A stretch of 64,000 bases of DNA from Diplonema japonicum (Eukaryota > Protista > Euglenozoa: Diplonemea), in contig OZ025716.1 of the NCBI GenBank assembly GCA_964019335.1, forward strand, positions 124,001 through 188,000, given 5' to 3'. Positions 44,750 through 57,170 of the stretch are shown piece after piece. A program made the translations under genes and the position numbers. Within the stretch, counting starts at the first letter, position 1. Each line of letters opens with the position of its first letter. The notes below the pieces were generated by a model, which had not been told where the DNA came from, ran no database searches, and was given only the letters and a program-made list of their open reading frames with translations.

Positions 44750-46619
44750 GGGGGTGCTTTCAAGTATCTTTTTTTTTTTTTTTAAAGATGTGTTGTTCGC
44801 TGCTGACCTCCTTGTCATGTTTTCTTCATCCCTCCCTCCCCAAGGGCTATGTTGGCAAGGAAACACGTTTCTAAGCTTTTCTTGGGGTAAAGCAACGCGA
44901 CGCAAGCTGTTTAAAAACATAAAAAAAAATCAGCCACTCCTAGATGCCAAAGACCTGCCGCCAATTTTTGATTTTTTATTTTTTATTTTTACCCATTTTT
45001 TTTTGGGGGAAAAAAAAAAACGGCTGGGAGTGGTGGGTTTGGGTAGAAGCGCAGTATTTTCTTTTGGAAAAATTGAAAAAAAAAGCCACATTTTTGGGTT
45101 TTTAGGGGGTTTGATACCCCCCCCCCCCCCCCTCCCCCCTTCAGATTTCGTCTGGGAATATCTAAAAAAAAACAAAAAAAAAAGAAGAAGAAACAAAGAA
45201 AAAGAAACGAATTTCTCATTTTTTTTGGTTGTGGCGAAAAAATTCCAGACTTTAACAATCTTTCTCTCAAAAAAAAAAGAAAAAAGAAGAAAAAGAAAAA
45301 AAAACATCTTATTCACCCTCTTGAATCTCTTTTTTTTTGTTTTGTTTTGTTTTGTTTTGTTTTATGGTACTCTTTGTGAACGAAACGGAAAAAAAAAAAA
45401 AAAAGAAGAAAAAAAAAAAATTATATTTCGTGAATAAGACCGTTTCTTTTTTTTTTTTTCTTCTTTTTGTTGAATTTTTGAAATTTTTTGAATTTTAACG
45501 AAAACAACTTCTTTCTTCTTTTTTTTTTTTTTTTTTTTTTTGGCAGCGCGACGAGTAGCTCCATCCCTTTTATTACAAAACCGGGGTGTTTTCTTTTATT
45601 TGTTATTCGAAGGCTCATTCTATTTTTTTTTTTCAGGCGTCCTGCCACATACCGCAGGTTTTTTTTTGGGGGGGTCGTTGGAGGTTTGAGAAATAAGACA
45701 ACTGGACTGACCCATGGTAGGAACGCTGTCTTTTCTTTAAAAATTGTTTTTTTTTTCCCCCTCTTCTGAAGTGTTCAAACCTCAAAGGGCTCATCACTTC
45801 ACGCCACTGTATGACTTTGATGACCCGACAAGGACGTTGTCGAATTTTTTTTCGCAGCTCATTTCTTTTTTTTTTTTTAGGTGTATGTAGTTAAGATGGG
45901 TTGAAGAACGAAAGGGCCGCCCCGGCTGAGGTTGAGCTGTACACGGCGCGGAACGCAGAAGAACCTACAACTCGGTCGCGGTTGCTCCCCCGCCAACACC
46001 GGCCTCCTTTAACTCTTATATGAGTTCGTTCGGACGAATATGTCAACACTTTTTTTTTTTGGAACTTACGAAAATTTCCTGTTTTGATTATTTGAGCAAA
46101 AAAAAAAAAAGAATCGGTTGATTGTTGTTTGTGCACAGCCGGGATTAACCTGTAGAAGGATAAGCCCAACAATGCTACCACTACTCTTTTTAGCAATAAC
46201 AATTCATTATCAATATATTGTTTTTCTTGTTCATGCAAAAAAAAAAAAGGGCAGCATACCATGTTGCCGATGCTTGTTTTTGCCATGATGGTGGCAAACA
46301 GAACAGGGAAGCGAAAATCTAGGATGCCTAAGAGTGGTGCCCAAGCGCACTTGTGACCCCTGGGTACAACCCAGGGCGGGTTACTGTTAAAAGTACTTAG
46401 CGAAAAATATATGGTGTCGCATAGCCCCCGAAAATCCGGTTTTTTACACCCTATTTTTTGGCTTTTTTAAGGGGTTCCTAAGGGCCTTTTTCAGAAAAAC
46501 CAATTCTTAACACTTGCCTGCTCATGCAGAGCTTCGACATTGGTATCTTTGGAGTCAAACTTTCATTCTCTACCCATCTGTTGAGGATTTTCCTTTTTTT
46601 TTTTTTCTTTTCTTTCTTC

Positions 46620-47655
46620 TCCAACATCACCAGACGGGTACCACCCCCAGAGGGCGAGCAGAGCGAAAGCGAGGACAGCTCGGAAGAGGAAGGGGACGAG
46701 ACACACGAGCGTGTGAACAAGAGACCAACAACAGACGAAGTCACATGCGACGCGTGCGGTGCGGAGGAGGACGAGAGCAACATGCTGCGACACGCATTAT
46801 GGGAATGCAGTGTGGCGAAGGAGGTGCAACAGAAGGAAGTACATGCAGAAGTAGTGGCCAACAAGACGGAAATGCCAATCTGCATGCAGCTACATGGAAC
46901 GCTCCCGCGTGGTCACCGATCACACCAACACCGGCTGAGGAAGACGCAGTACTACTTGCTGGAAGTGGTGGCAAAACGAGACCAGCTTCTCCAGGACAAG
47001 AGAATGCTAGAAACGTACACGACCCACCCCTGGGAACAGATAACGGAAGGAAACGCTCATGCGCCACCTGAATGGAAGGAGCTGAGGAAGCATGTGAGCG
47101 GGAGCCTGATGATGAAGCACGGTGAAGACATCGTCAAGTGGCTCAGAAAGCTGAAGTGGTACGATGGACCGAGGAAGACGACAGTCACCACAATGGAACT
47201 CGTACTAGACTTCGAGAACACGCTGGGCGTCGAGCCGATCACGGGGAAGAAGGGTGATCTAGACATGATACAGAAGAAAGCGCGGAGTTTCCACGGCCTC
47301 CTGGAAAGAATCCAAGAAGGGTGGGACACAGCACGCATACAGAAGAAGGTCAGAGGCAAGCGGATCTTCCCAGCGGAGAGCAAGAAGAACCACGCGCTTA
47401 GAACCATAGGTGCGAAGAAGAGTCTGGGATGGAACAGAAGGCCAGTTTTTGCATCAGAGAAAACCAAGAAGGACCTTAAGAAACTGGGCAGAAAGTGGCA
47501 AGAAGAAAGGGAGGATACTTTGAGAAAGGCAACACAGCCAAAAAAGAAAGAAAGGCCGAGGCCCCAGAAGGGAGAAAGGGGTAGATAAGTAGAGACAAGG
47601 GGGACGTTCCAAAACAGGAACCTCCTTTATCTCATCTCTTTCTTTTTTTTTTTGC
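46620..47655 (+). mobile_element. 5'-truncated non-LTR retrotransposon fragment
   Basis: CDACG..E..LRHALWEC, WLRKLKW, ELVLDFENTLG, GWNRRPVF. T-rich on both sides. Confidence 0.65.
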
Positions 47656-47926
47656 ACTCATAAAGCTTAAAAAGCGAAAATTTTGCTTTTTTAAGGGCCA
47701 AGATGGCACTTTAAGGGTAAGTTTTCCCCACCCTGGTTTAATAGTGATTTAGAATCCAGATGCTCAAGCCCTAGACTGCACTGCACACAAAGTGGTACTA
47801 CTTTTCTACTTAGAAATTTAACAGGGGGTTTTTTGTCGCATAGGAGGGTCGTTTGTTGACATTTTTTTCCGGACGAGCTCATATATTTTTTTGTGTGATT
47901 TTATAACTATATGCAACTTGTGCACG

Positions 47927-47954
<28 letters not shown>

Positions 47955-47957
<3 letters not shown>

Positions 47958-48700
47958 TAGCTATTTACTGCCAACAAGTAATGACTTTACCGTTACCTCG
48001 AGGTTCCGCATTTTACCGTCGAGGGCCCGCAGGGCCCGAGATGGTAAAATGCGGAACCGAGAGGTCGGTAAAGCATTACTTGGCGGTAGGTAAGTGGTTT
48101 TATTTCACGACACTCTGAAATTACTTCACCACGAGGGGCACAACAGGGTGACAAGGGGTACAACAAGAGAGGGGTTACAAAGGTTACAATACAAGTTGTT
48201 TTTCCTCCTTTTGTTGACTAAGAGCTGCCGCTGTCGCTGGCATTGCCACTGTCACCATCTCTAATCAGGCCTTCCCATACCTAGCGCGGCCGCTGGCTCC
48301 TTTTTTTCTGCTGCTTCGGTATTTTGAAGTCTTTTGGGGTGCTTGGGTAAGCTGACTAAGTTACCCTTACCCACAGAAGAGTTACCCCCAGAAACTGGGA
48401 AACAAGGCCTAGCCAAAAAGTGGGCAAATTGGGAGGAAAAAGTAGTCCACTTGGAACTGAGCCGAGGCAAAAGTTGGCCAATTGAGCTGAACCTGGGGGG
48501 AAATAGCAAACTGAGAGGAAAAAGTAGCCCCACTGGGAACCGAACCGAGGCAAAAATTGGCCTACCGAGGCATATTATTTAACGGAAACCCCCTATTACT
48601 TCACGGAAAACAGGCCATTATTTCACCGTGAAATAATGAGATTTAGCGTGAAGTAATGGGCCCCCCAGTGCGTGAAGTAATTTCTGAAGAGTGAAATAAA
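47955..48700. mobile_element. Non-autonomous Crypton-like element (hairpin + asymmetric IRs, no YR) nested in a family-A repeat
   Basis: Same gagggcccgcagggcccgag apex, same ttttatttcac / gtgaaataaaa IR ends, ~83-bp internal tandem duplication near 48420-48565. Confidence 0.85.
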
Positions 48701-48748
48701 AAAAAAAAAAAAAAAAAATACTTTTCGCAGCTTTTAAAACCCTTTTTT

Positions 48749-48787
<39 letters not shown>

Positions 48788-49385
48788 CGCGCGAACAACA
48801 AAAAAAAATATAGTCATTAGGAATTTCTTTTTTTTTTTTTTTTTTTGGTAAAGAAATAGCATAAAACCGTGCCGCGTCTGAATCCCTCTAATCAACATAG
48901 GGACGAATGTGTATTGCCAGATAACAAGAAAAAAAAAAAATAGCAAAATTTTAACTTTTAAACCCCCTCTGCCCGGGGTTTATAAAGGCGGGGGGGGTAC
49001 AAGTTGGACCTCTAGTACAAGAAGGGTTACTCCTCTTTTTTTTTTTTACACGCCTTTTTTTTTTTTTTTTTTTTTTTTTTTCTCTTTTGTTAACCAGTGC
49101 AATTCACTCGCCCCCCTATTTCTTTCATATCACGCTGTCTACTTATAAGGCACGGTTACAAGTAGAACACCAAAAAAAAAAAAAAAAAAAAAAAAAAAAG
49201 AAACATTTATTATTGCGCAACCTTCATTTCAATGTCAGAAAACTAAGATTCGATTTTTTCAAAACAGAAAAAAAAAAAAAAAAACGGGTGACCAGAATGT
49301 AAACTAATGAATAGCATGAAATGACGAGGAAAAAAAAAAAAAAGGGAGGGTATTTAAACAGCCCGGGGGGAGTAATTCAATACAA

Positions 49386-49580
49386 CGACACGGGCTCAGA
49401 ATCTTGGTTACCCGGGGCGCCCCGGCTGGGGGGGTGAGCTGCACACCGCACGCATTAAGGACACGACGCGGAAAGCAGAAGAAGTTACAGCTAGGCCGAG
49501 GTGCGCCCCCTGTAATCAAGTAAATGGTGCTTGTGCAGGGTGCCCCCACCGGCTACCTTTAAATCATCGAGTTTTTTTTT
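49386..49580 (+). repeat. Repeat family D (3' end of the non-LTR family)
   Basis: acacgggctcagaatcttggttacccgggg...cctttaaatcatcgag(T)n. Copies at 55448-55645 and reverse at 58255-58365; decayed copies near 43250-43300 and 45917-45980. Confidence 0.8.
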
Positions 49581-50957
49581 CTTTCTTTTTTTTTTTTTTT
49601 TTTTTGCATGGACAAGAAAAGCAATAAAATTGATAATGAATTGTTATTGCTAAAAAAGAGTAGTGAGTAGCATTGTTGGGCTTATCCTTCTATAGGTTAA
49701 ATAAAAATTAAATTTTCTTTCCGGTTTTTTTCCGCTCCTGTAATTTGTTTTTTTTTTCTCCTTTTTTTTAAGAGAAAGAAAATAGAGGGGGGGTAAAAAA
49801 AATGAATCTTAAGATCGAAAGTGCTGGTGTGCACTTTTTTTTTTATTATTATTATTATTCTATTCTATTCTCTCCTTTCCTCTCACTGCTATATGCTGGA
49901 TGTGATTGGTGTTCTGCCACCTCATTCAAAACAAATCTTTTTTTCTCAGCCATAAAGTTAAGAGGCTACGGGTATTGGATATGAGAAATGTGTGGCCAGT
50001 CGCTTTTTTGCGGCAGTATTTTTTTTCTTGCAGCCTTGCAGACGAAGAGATACAAAGCCCACTGACGCCCAAACCCAAAACTGTCGAAACGGAGTTCGAG
50101 AAACCACTTCGTTCCCTTTCATAGCGAATTCTTTTTTTTTAGTCTTTTTTTTTTTTTTTTTTATAGTCCCAATTTTTTTACAAGCTTTTTTTTTTTATTG
50201 ATCCCACTATTAATCGTTCCCCTTTCCCTCCCTTCCCTTCCCACTCCCCCGGTTTTTGAATCAAAAAAAAAAAAAAAAAAAAAAGAGAGAAAAAATTCTT
50301 AATTTCTTCTTTTTTTTTTTCTTTTTTTTTTTCTTTTTTTTTTTTCATAATTTTTTTCTTACCTCAATCAATTTTTTAGGGGGGGGAAATAAAAAAATAC
50401 TGGAGCAAAAAAAAAAAAAAAAAAAAAAAAGAAGAAGAAAACGCCCCCGCTGGAGGAACGGAAGCAGCTTTCTCTGGTTTGCAGAGCTACGGTTTGTGTA
50501 GCTGATATAAAAACTTTTTTTTTTTCGATTTTCTTTTTTTCTTCTTTGCTTCCAATTGATAAACTGCAAGTTTTTGCTTTTATTCCGTATACCTAGTCAG
50601 TTTCGAACCCCTTGAAGAAAATCCCTCATGTTTTTTTTTTTTTTTTTTTTTCCCGATTTTTTTTGTATCAGTAACAACCTTCTAAGTTTGATTGGCTGAG
50701 GCTTTAGCGCCTCTACTAACTAAGGATAGCGCTATTCGGTTTTTCATTTCCAAATGGAACAATCGAAAAACAATAGAATGCAGTACCACCTTTGCTTCTG
50801 GTTAACGCCAAGAATAAAAGGGGTGGGGGCACATCAACAACTGAGAGTGTTGCCCCCCTTTTTTTTTTTGGTATTGCAGATTTCGTCTCTTGTTCTAAAA
50901 CAATTTTAGTTTCCCTTCACCTCCCCATTTCCACCAGCTTCCCGAGGATTCTTTTTT

Positions 50958-51070
50958 TGTTTTAACAATATTATTGTCGAGACTAAAAACTAGTTGATGG
51001 CAGCGTAGTGAGCTATTTTATTAGGTAAAATTCCGCTCGTGCGCACAAACAAATGGAGCGCCAAATTAGT
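50958..51070. repeat. Repeat family B copy
   Basis: Near-exact reverse complement of 10397-10512. Confidence 0.85.
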
Positions 51071-51909
51071 TTTTTTTCTTTTCTTCTTTTCTTTTTTTCT
51101 TTTTTTCTTTTTTTCTTTTTTTTTTTTTTTTCCTCATGGATGTCTCGCAACTATTTCCACAACTTTACGTCTTTCCATCTCCCCCTCCCGTTGCCCTCCT
51201 TTTTTCTTTGCATCCAACACGAGAAAGATGCACATTGGTCTATTTCTTTTTTTTTTTTCTTTTTTTTTTTCCTGTAATCAAGTAGGTAGTTCGTCCCCAT
51301 TTTTTTTTTTTTTTTTTTTTGTTGTTGTTACAAATATTTAAATCTTTTTCAAAAAAAAAAAAAAAATGATTTTGTAACTACATTCAACTTTGTGCTGAGA
51401 ACTTTCGCATTTTAAATTTTTTTTTTTTCTTTTTTTTTTTTTGCTCGTGCGAAACAACAATGACATATAGTCATTAAAGAATTCTTTTTTCTGAAGAATT
51501 CTTTTTTTTTTTAAGGGCAGCAAAACCTTAAGATACCCTCCCTCCCCTTCGGTGAATCATTTAGGGAATTCCATGTCAGGGTGACATGTGTACCCGGGAG
51601 AGTCTCATAGATGCCTGTCTGCTGCTGTGTCGTTCGACTACAATCACCCCCCTCCCCATGTACTTTATGGTACACCTGGAGCCGGCTGTGGTCGCAACGT
51701 TAAGAGAGCGATTTTTTTTTCTTTTTTTTTTTCCCCCTTGCTTCTTGTCTTGAGATGACTTTGAACCCTTTCAACACTCTCTTTGCTTTTTTCTCGGTGG
51801 GTGGGGGGGGGGGGGGGGTGGAGAATCGTGCTGCTTCCACTTTCCCCCTCCCCCCTCATCACCGTGAATTTCATTAAAAAGAGGGTATCCTCATCAGAAG
51901 TAGAAGGGG

Positions 51910-51946
<37 letters not shown>

Positions 51947-52220
51947 AAGAAAACCACTTCATAGGCACCATCCTGATAAAAAAAAAAAAAAGGACTACGC
52001 AAATGGCTGGCTGACCTGCAAAGTCAGAATGCGATGCATAGAAATCTTTTAATTTTTCTTTTTACTCATATGAGTCTATCCCTGATTAAAACGTTCTAAA
52101 AAAAGCACGTTTTTGTGGTGATCAGGCCTAGACCGCAGTTCTGCACACAAAGTGGTGTCGGACTAGTTTTCTACTTTGAAATTTAACGGGAGTTTTGCCG
52201 CTACCTAGGAGTGTGTTTCA

Positions 52221-52294
<74 letters not shown>

Positions 52295-53025
52295 GCTGCA
52301 AACACGATAAGCGAATTTGGATTTTCCACCATCACGGAGGTTTGCAATTTCATATCCACCAAACACGTTTTCAAATTCTTATTTTGTCCACCATCTACGG
52401 TAACCACTTTTGAAATCCACCATCCACGGTAACCTCGAAAATGTAGGTGGGCCTTGGGTTCTGCTCAAAGGGCCACAGTCTCTTTCTCTGGGTGGTGCCC
52501 AGGGGGGGTTGAGTGCACTGCAGGGTTGGATGTGGCCACCCCTCGCCCGCCTTCTGTCAGGGTCCTGCATGAAGTTAACCTCAAGCCCCCCGTTGTAGCT
52601 AAATCAAGAACGGGGAGACCCTCGTTGGGGATAAGAGGAAACTGAGCAACAGAGAGGGGACATACACCTGCGGCAACTGCAAGAATGTGGGGCACAATGC
52701 CCGTTCTTGCAAGAACCCCCACTCGACTGCTGCGTCACAGCCGCAGACCCCTAGAAGTGCTCTTCTGAGCTGAAGCAGACCCAGCTAACGTAGTGGCATA
52801 GTGTAGAGTCATTTCCCCCCCTTTTTTTCCTTTGCCTATCATTTATTCCTATTGTTGCAGTGCTCTATATTTCGCCAAAATAGTCAAAAAAAAAAAAACG
52901 AAATGCGAAAGGTTCCGTATTATCGAAATTAGGTTTCCTAAAGGAAAATTTTGATGGTTTACAGGAAACGGTGGAAAATTGAAATTGGGTTTCCGTGTTT
53001 GGTGGGGAAAATGAAAAAGTGATTT
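52295..53025 (+). mobile_element. Mutator/MULE-like remnant with C-terminal CCHC knuckle and motif-array inverted ends
   Basis: LKPPVVAKSRTGRP followed, after a stop and frameshift, by YTCGNCKNVGHNARSC (52663-52710). ccaccaaacacg occurs on the left and cgtgtttggtgg on the right. Confidence 0.6.
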
Positions 53026-53489
53026 CCCTACCCCCCTCTCCTCCCAATTTCTTTTTTTTTTTATTTTTTTTTTTTTATCATACAAGTTTTTTTTTTTTTT
53101 TTTTTTTCCTCTGGACTTTGAGGTTTTTTTTTAAAGGTATGATGGGTTATTGTTTTTTTTTTTTTTTTTTCGAGACCCGTAGGTGATCATCTCTCTGCTA
53201 TGTGCTTTCACTATTAAGTTTTTTCGCATTCTCACGGTTAGGTTCGCATCTAAAGGTGTGCAGCAAAAGGGGCCGACCACAGCCTTCCCTGCCAATGTTA
53301 AGTCGGGGGGTGCACGCCCTGCGACATATGCGGGGTTTGACAAAACGCTTTTTCTTTTTTTCTTCTCCTTCCTTTTCTTAATGCACCTCCATCGTGATGA
53401 TCATGAGAACGCTGCATATTCCATTTTTTTTTTTTTTTCTTTCTTCCCTTCGTTGTGTTTTTTTTGTTTTTTTTTTTATTGACAACTCA

Positions 53490-53524
<35 letters not shown>

Positions 53525-53556
53525 GAGTTTTAAAAAAAAAAAAAAAAAAAAAACAT

Positions 53557-54261
53557 ATGTCGTGCGAGGCAGCAGAGACCAGCAGCAACTGCAACAGCAG
53601 CAACAGCACCGAATCAACGGGAAACTCCTGTCCTCCCCCGCTGGTGCGAAGTTTTACCAGAAAGCAGGTAACGACCGCGCTTAGGAAGAAGTGCTGCGAC
53701 CACAACGACTGGGACAACGTAAGAGTGGCGAAGGGCCTGATGACCCTGAGATGCAGAGCCTGCCAGAAGCAATGGAGGGCAGCTGTGGACATGGTGTGGG
53801 GCAGGTTGAAATGCGCAAACTTTGGGTCAGAGGAAGGGTGCTCCGACAAGCCCTGCTCAAAACTACACATCCACAACAGAAAGCTGTCTCTCGAGGCTCG
53901 TGTGAGGCAGCACGGAGGGGGCATCTTAAGCCAGATCAGCACAACTAGAGTCACGAAAGACACCCTGGAAAAAATCAAAAAACTGGAAGTACAAATCACA
54001 ACCTCGTCAGAAGCCGAAGAAGTGCAGTCCCAACCCAATACTCTTCAGAGTGCCGAACAATACCCTCAACAGCCTATTTTTGTACAGAACACGGCCCCTC
54101 TAGCGGCCCCTATGGGTATGAACGTCTTTGCTGCGTCCCCCTATGCAGGTGTGGGTTTCGCAGGAAGCGCCATACCTCAATTTTCCGGACCGTGTGGAGT
54201 GCCTCCTGCTGCTTGGACGTATATGGTGTACCCCCAGCTCACTGCCCAGTTGCTGTGGTGA
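53557..54261 (+). CDS. Zinc-ribbon + CCCH zinc-finger protein, paralog of 44228
   Basis: Identical core peptide and Q/P-rich tail. The 3' end may continue through an intron at GTGAGA (~54258). Confidence 0.8.
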   Translation: MSCEAAETSSNCNSSNSTESTGNSCPPPLVRSFTRKQVTTALRKKCCDHNDWDNVRVAKGLMTLRCRACQKQWRAAVDMVWGRLKCANFGSEEGCSDKPCSKLHIHNRKLSLEARVRQHGGGILSQISTTRVTKDTLEKIKKLEVQITTSSEAEEVQSQPNTLQSAEQYPQQPIFVQNTAPLAAPMGMNVFAASPYAGVGFAGSAIPQFSGPCGVPPAAWTYMVYPQLTAQLLW

Positions 54262-54844
54262 GACTTTTTTATTTTTTTGTTTCCCCCGATTTTTTGGTCT
54301 TCGGAGGAGCTCGAGTCCAAGGCAGGTCACTCCTTGTGTTATAGAGGGATGGCAGTTGTGGGTTTGGTACAATACCCGTCCCCAATCCTGCCTGTCGGAC
54401 CAAAAATGGTGGGGCACGTTTGACCAGAGCCAAAGAAGCACATTGGCATGGTTGTGATGGATCTGGTTTTACCAGGAGGCGGAAAAGTTTCTTTTTTTTT
54501 TTTTTTTTTTCTTATACTATAAAATTCCTATCTATCTTATAATCTAACTGCTAAATTCGGTTCAAAAAAAAAAAAAAAAAAAATGACGACAAAAAAAAAA
54601 AAGAAGAAAAAAAAAAGGGGGGACACGTTGTTTGCTTTTCAAAATACTACTCTCACCCCCCCCCCCCCCCCCCCCCCAGCCTCAGTTGAGGGCTGTCACA
54701 AAAAATTTAATAATTAAATGTCTCTTTTTTTTTTTTTTTAATAGGGCGTATTAGGGTGTCCAACTTGCATATTTCGTCGAAACTCGGCCCGAAAATGGGT
54801 TTTTAGGCGACTTTGGGTGTTTTTTTGTTTTTGTTTTTGTTTTT

Positions 54845-54881
<37 letters not shown>

Positions 54882-55314
54882 GCCTTTGTGTCACAAATGT
54901 GCAAGATTTAATTTTGGGACTAATTTCGACCCCCCTGCCCCGTTCATCGTAACATCTTCCTTCTTTGATTAAAAAAAAAAAAATAGAGATCTATTACTGT
55001 AAAACGAAAAAATCCAAAAGAGTTTGTCACTCCGGCATTTTTTTTTCTCCCCCTGGAATCTTTTTTTAGCTAAGTTTATGGGGGGGAATACTATCTTCAA
55101 GAAGGGGATTAGTTGTATAGCAGTTAAAGTACAGGCCAGACGTTTCCCTTTCGTCCAAACCCCCTCCCCAGCAAAATAACAAACCTTAGCTTGCTCTCTT
55201 CGCAAAAATATATCCGGGCTTTTTTTTTTTTCTCTTCCGGAATTTTTCGCTTTTTGCAGTATTTATTTATTGTTGTTTAACTTGTGCAAAACATCATGAT
55301 TTTTTTTTTTTTTC

Positions 55315-55645
55315 GTGGTGGGGATAACATGGAAATATAAAGAAGTACATCAGATGTGTTGTTCGCTGTTGACCTCCTCGTCGGTCATCACCGGTAGCGC
55401 CCAAGTGGAAGAAGCAGATGCTCTGGGTGGCGAACAGGCAGCAAACTACACGGGCTCAGAATCTTGGTTACCCGGGGCGCCCCGGGTTGAGCTGCACACC
55501 GCACGCATTAAGGACACGACGCGGAACGCAGAAGAAGTTACAGCTAGGCCGAGGTGCGCCCCCTGTAATCAAGTAAATGGTGCTTGTGCAGGGTGCCCCC
55601 ACCGGCTTCCTTTAAATCATCGAGTTTTTTTTTTTTTTTTTTTTC
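55315..55645 (+). mobile_element. Decayed 3' fragment of the non-LTR family (longest family-D copy)
   Basis: Frame from 55382 reads KWKKQMLWVANRQQTTRAQNLGYPGRPGLSCTP, which aligns with the LINE C-terminus. Flanked by T-runs. Confidence 0.6.
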
Positions 55646-55814
55646 CAGTCACTTCTCTCCTGGCGGAGATTTTTTTTCGTTTTACAGCTAGTATAAAAAA
55701 AAAAAAAAAAGGTTAAAGAACATCTCTCCCCCTTCGGCATTCTCCATATCTTTCCCTGGGTGTATTGTACGCCCTGCCAGAGTGTTGAAGGAGTGAAATG
55801 AGTCATCTTTCCAA

Positions 55815-55856
<42 letters not shown>

Positions 55857-55941
55857 CCCCTTTAAAACTAATCCTGACTGCCTTTTTTTTTTTTTTTTTT
55901 TTTCAGGCGTCCTGCCACATACCGCAGGTAACCTTCAATGT

Positions 55942-55994
<53 letters not shown>

Positions 55995-56297
55995 TCCTCC
56001 TTTTGAGGACGGGGGCTGATTAATCAGCTATATGCTTCTCTAGAGCCATCTGTGTACTCCACCCAAGGCCCCCTTTACAGAGACTGTAAAAAAAAGAGGG
56101 GGGGGGGGGAAGGGGACAAAAAGTATTTATTTTAACCGGAAAAAACACTCTTAGGCTATCCTCAAGAGAAAAGAAAATGACGTAAAAGGTGTATTTTGAT
56201 AACAGAAATACAGAATCGTTTCACTGCCAACATACCACAGCGACTTAATGAAAGACAGAAAAAGCCTTTTTTTCGTTCGAGAATAAAAAAAAAATTC

Positions 56298-56329
<32 letters not shown>

Positions 56330-57002
56330 CGCTCTTCCCCCCCCCCCCCCCCCCCGCCGCACTTCATCCTGGCCCCAGATTTTTATAAAAAAAAGAACTT
56401 TTTTTTTTGGCGGCAAAAGAAAAAAGATGCCCCCCCCCCCCCACCCACCGCGAGGAAACGGACTAGGCATGCCATGTCTGAGAGGTGGTGCCGCACAGGT
56501 TGAGAACCCACACCTCCAACCCCCTGTACTTAGGTACACTGGGAGCGTTGTTCGACCTTCACCTTGACGTTAAAAGACCGAATTTATAATCAAAAAAAAA
56601 AACTTTTTTTGTTTTTTTAAACGAAGGGTGGCCGCATGACAATGTAGAGAGAAAACTAGAACCTTCTACCTTGTTGCCATCTCACAAAGAAAACCATTCC
56701 CAAAAAAGCGCGTGTTTAATCTTTTTTTTTTTCCAGGTGGTGGAGGGGGGAAACACGGAGATATAAAAGAAGTGTTTTTACTTAATTTTGTAAAGTTACA
56801 TGAGGAAATTTCTAAAGAGCCATAAAAATCAGAAATCACTTTACCGTTCACGTGTAAAAATATAGTGGACCATAAATGTAAAGTAATAGGCCGAATTTGG
56901 CTTAAAAAAGTGCCATAAATGTAAAGTAAAATCTGATTTTTACGCGATTTTCGAACTTTTTCGGCATTCGTCTTCATTTTTTGCATCTGGTGGCCGCTAA
57001 CA

Positions 57003-57080
57003 CCGCCATAGGTCAGTGGTCAGGACCCTCGGCCAGGGTTTCAGGGGTCGAGGGTTCAAGTCCCGAGGGACCGTTTTTTT
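57003..57080 (+). other. tRNA-like / Pol III A- and B-box unit (SINE head or tRNA pseudogene)
   Basis: TAGGTCAGTGG (A-box-like) and GGTTCAAGTCC (B-box), followed by T7. No clean acceptor stem or anticodon arm. Confidence 0.5.
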
Positions 57081-57096
57081 GACCCCGATTTTATCG

Positions 57097-57170
57097 AAAA
57101 AAGTTCGGTGTCCGGGATTTGATCTGGCGTCTCCAGGAGACGAGTGCGACGGCATAACCACTGAGCTACC
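57097..57170 (-). other. Second, convergent tRNA-like unit
   Basis: Minus strand reads GGTAGCTCAGTGGTT...AGATCAAATCC...CTTTTTT. Confidence 0.45.

Noticed and set aside
57003-57170. Functional tRNA genes
   Set aside because: No proper acceptor stem or anticodon arm; kept only as tRNA-like units.
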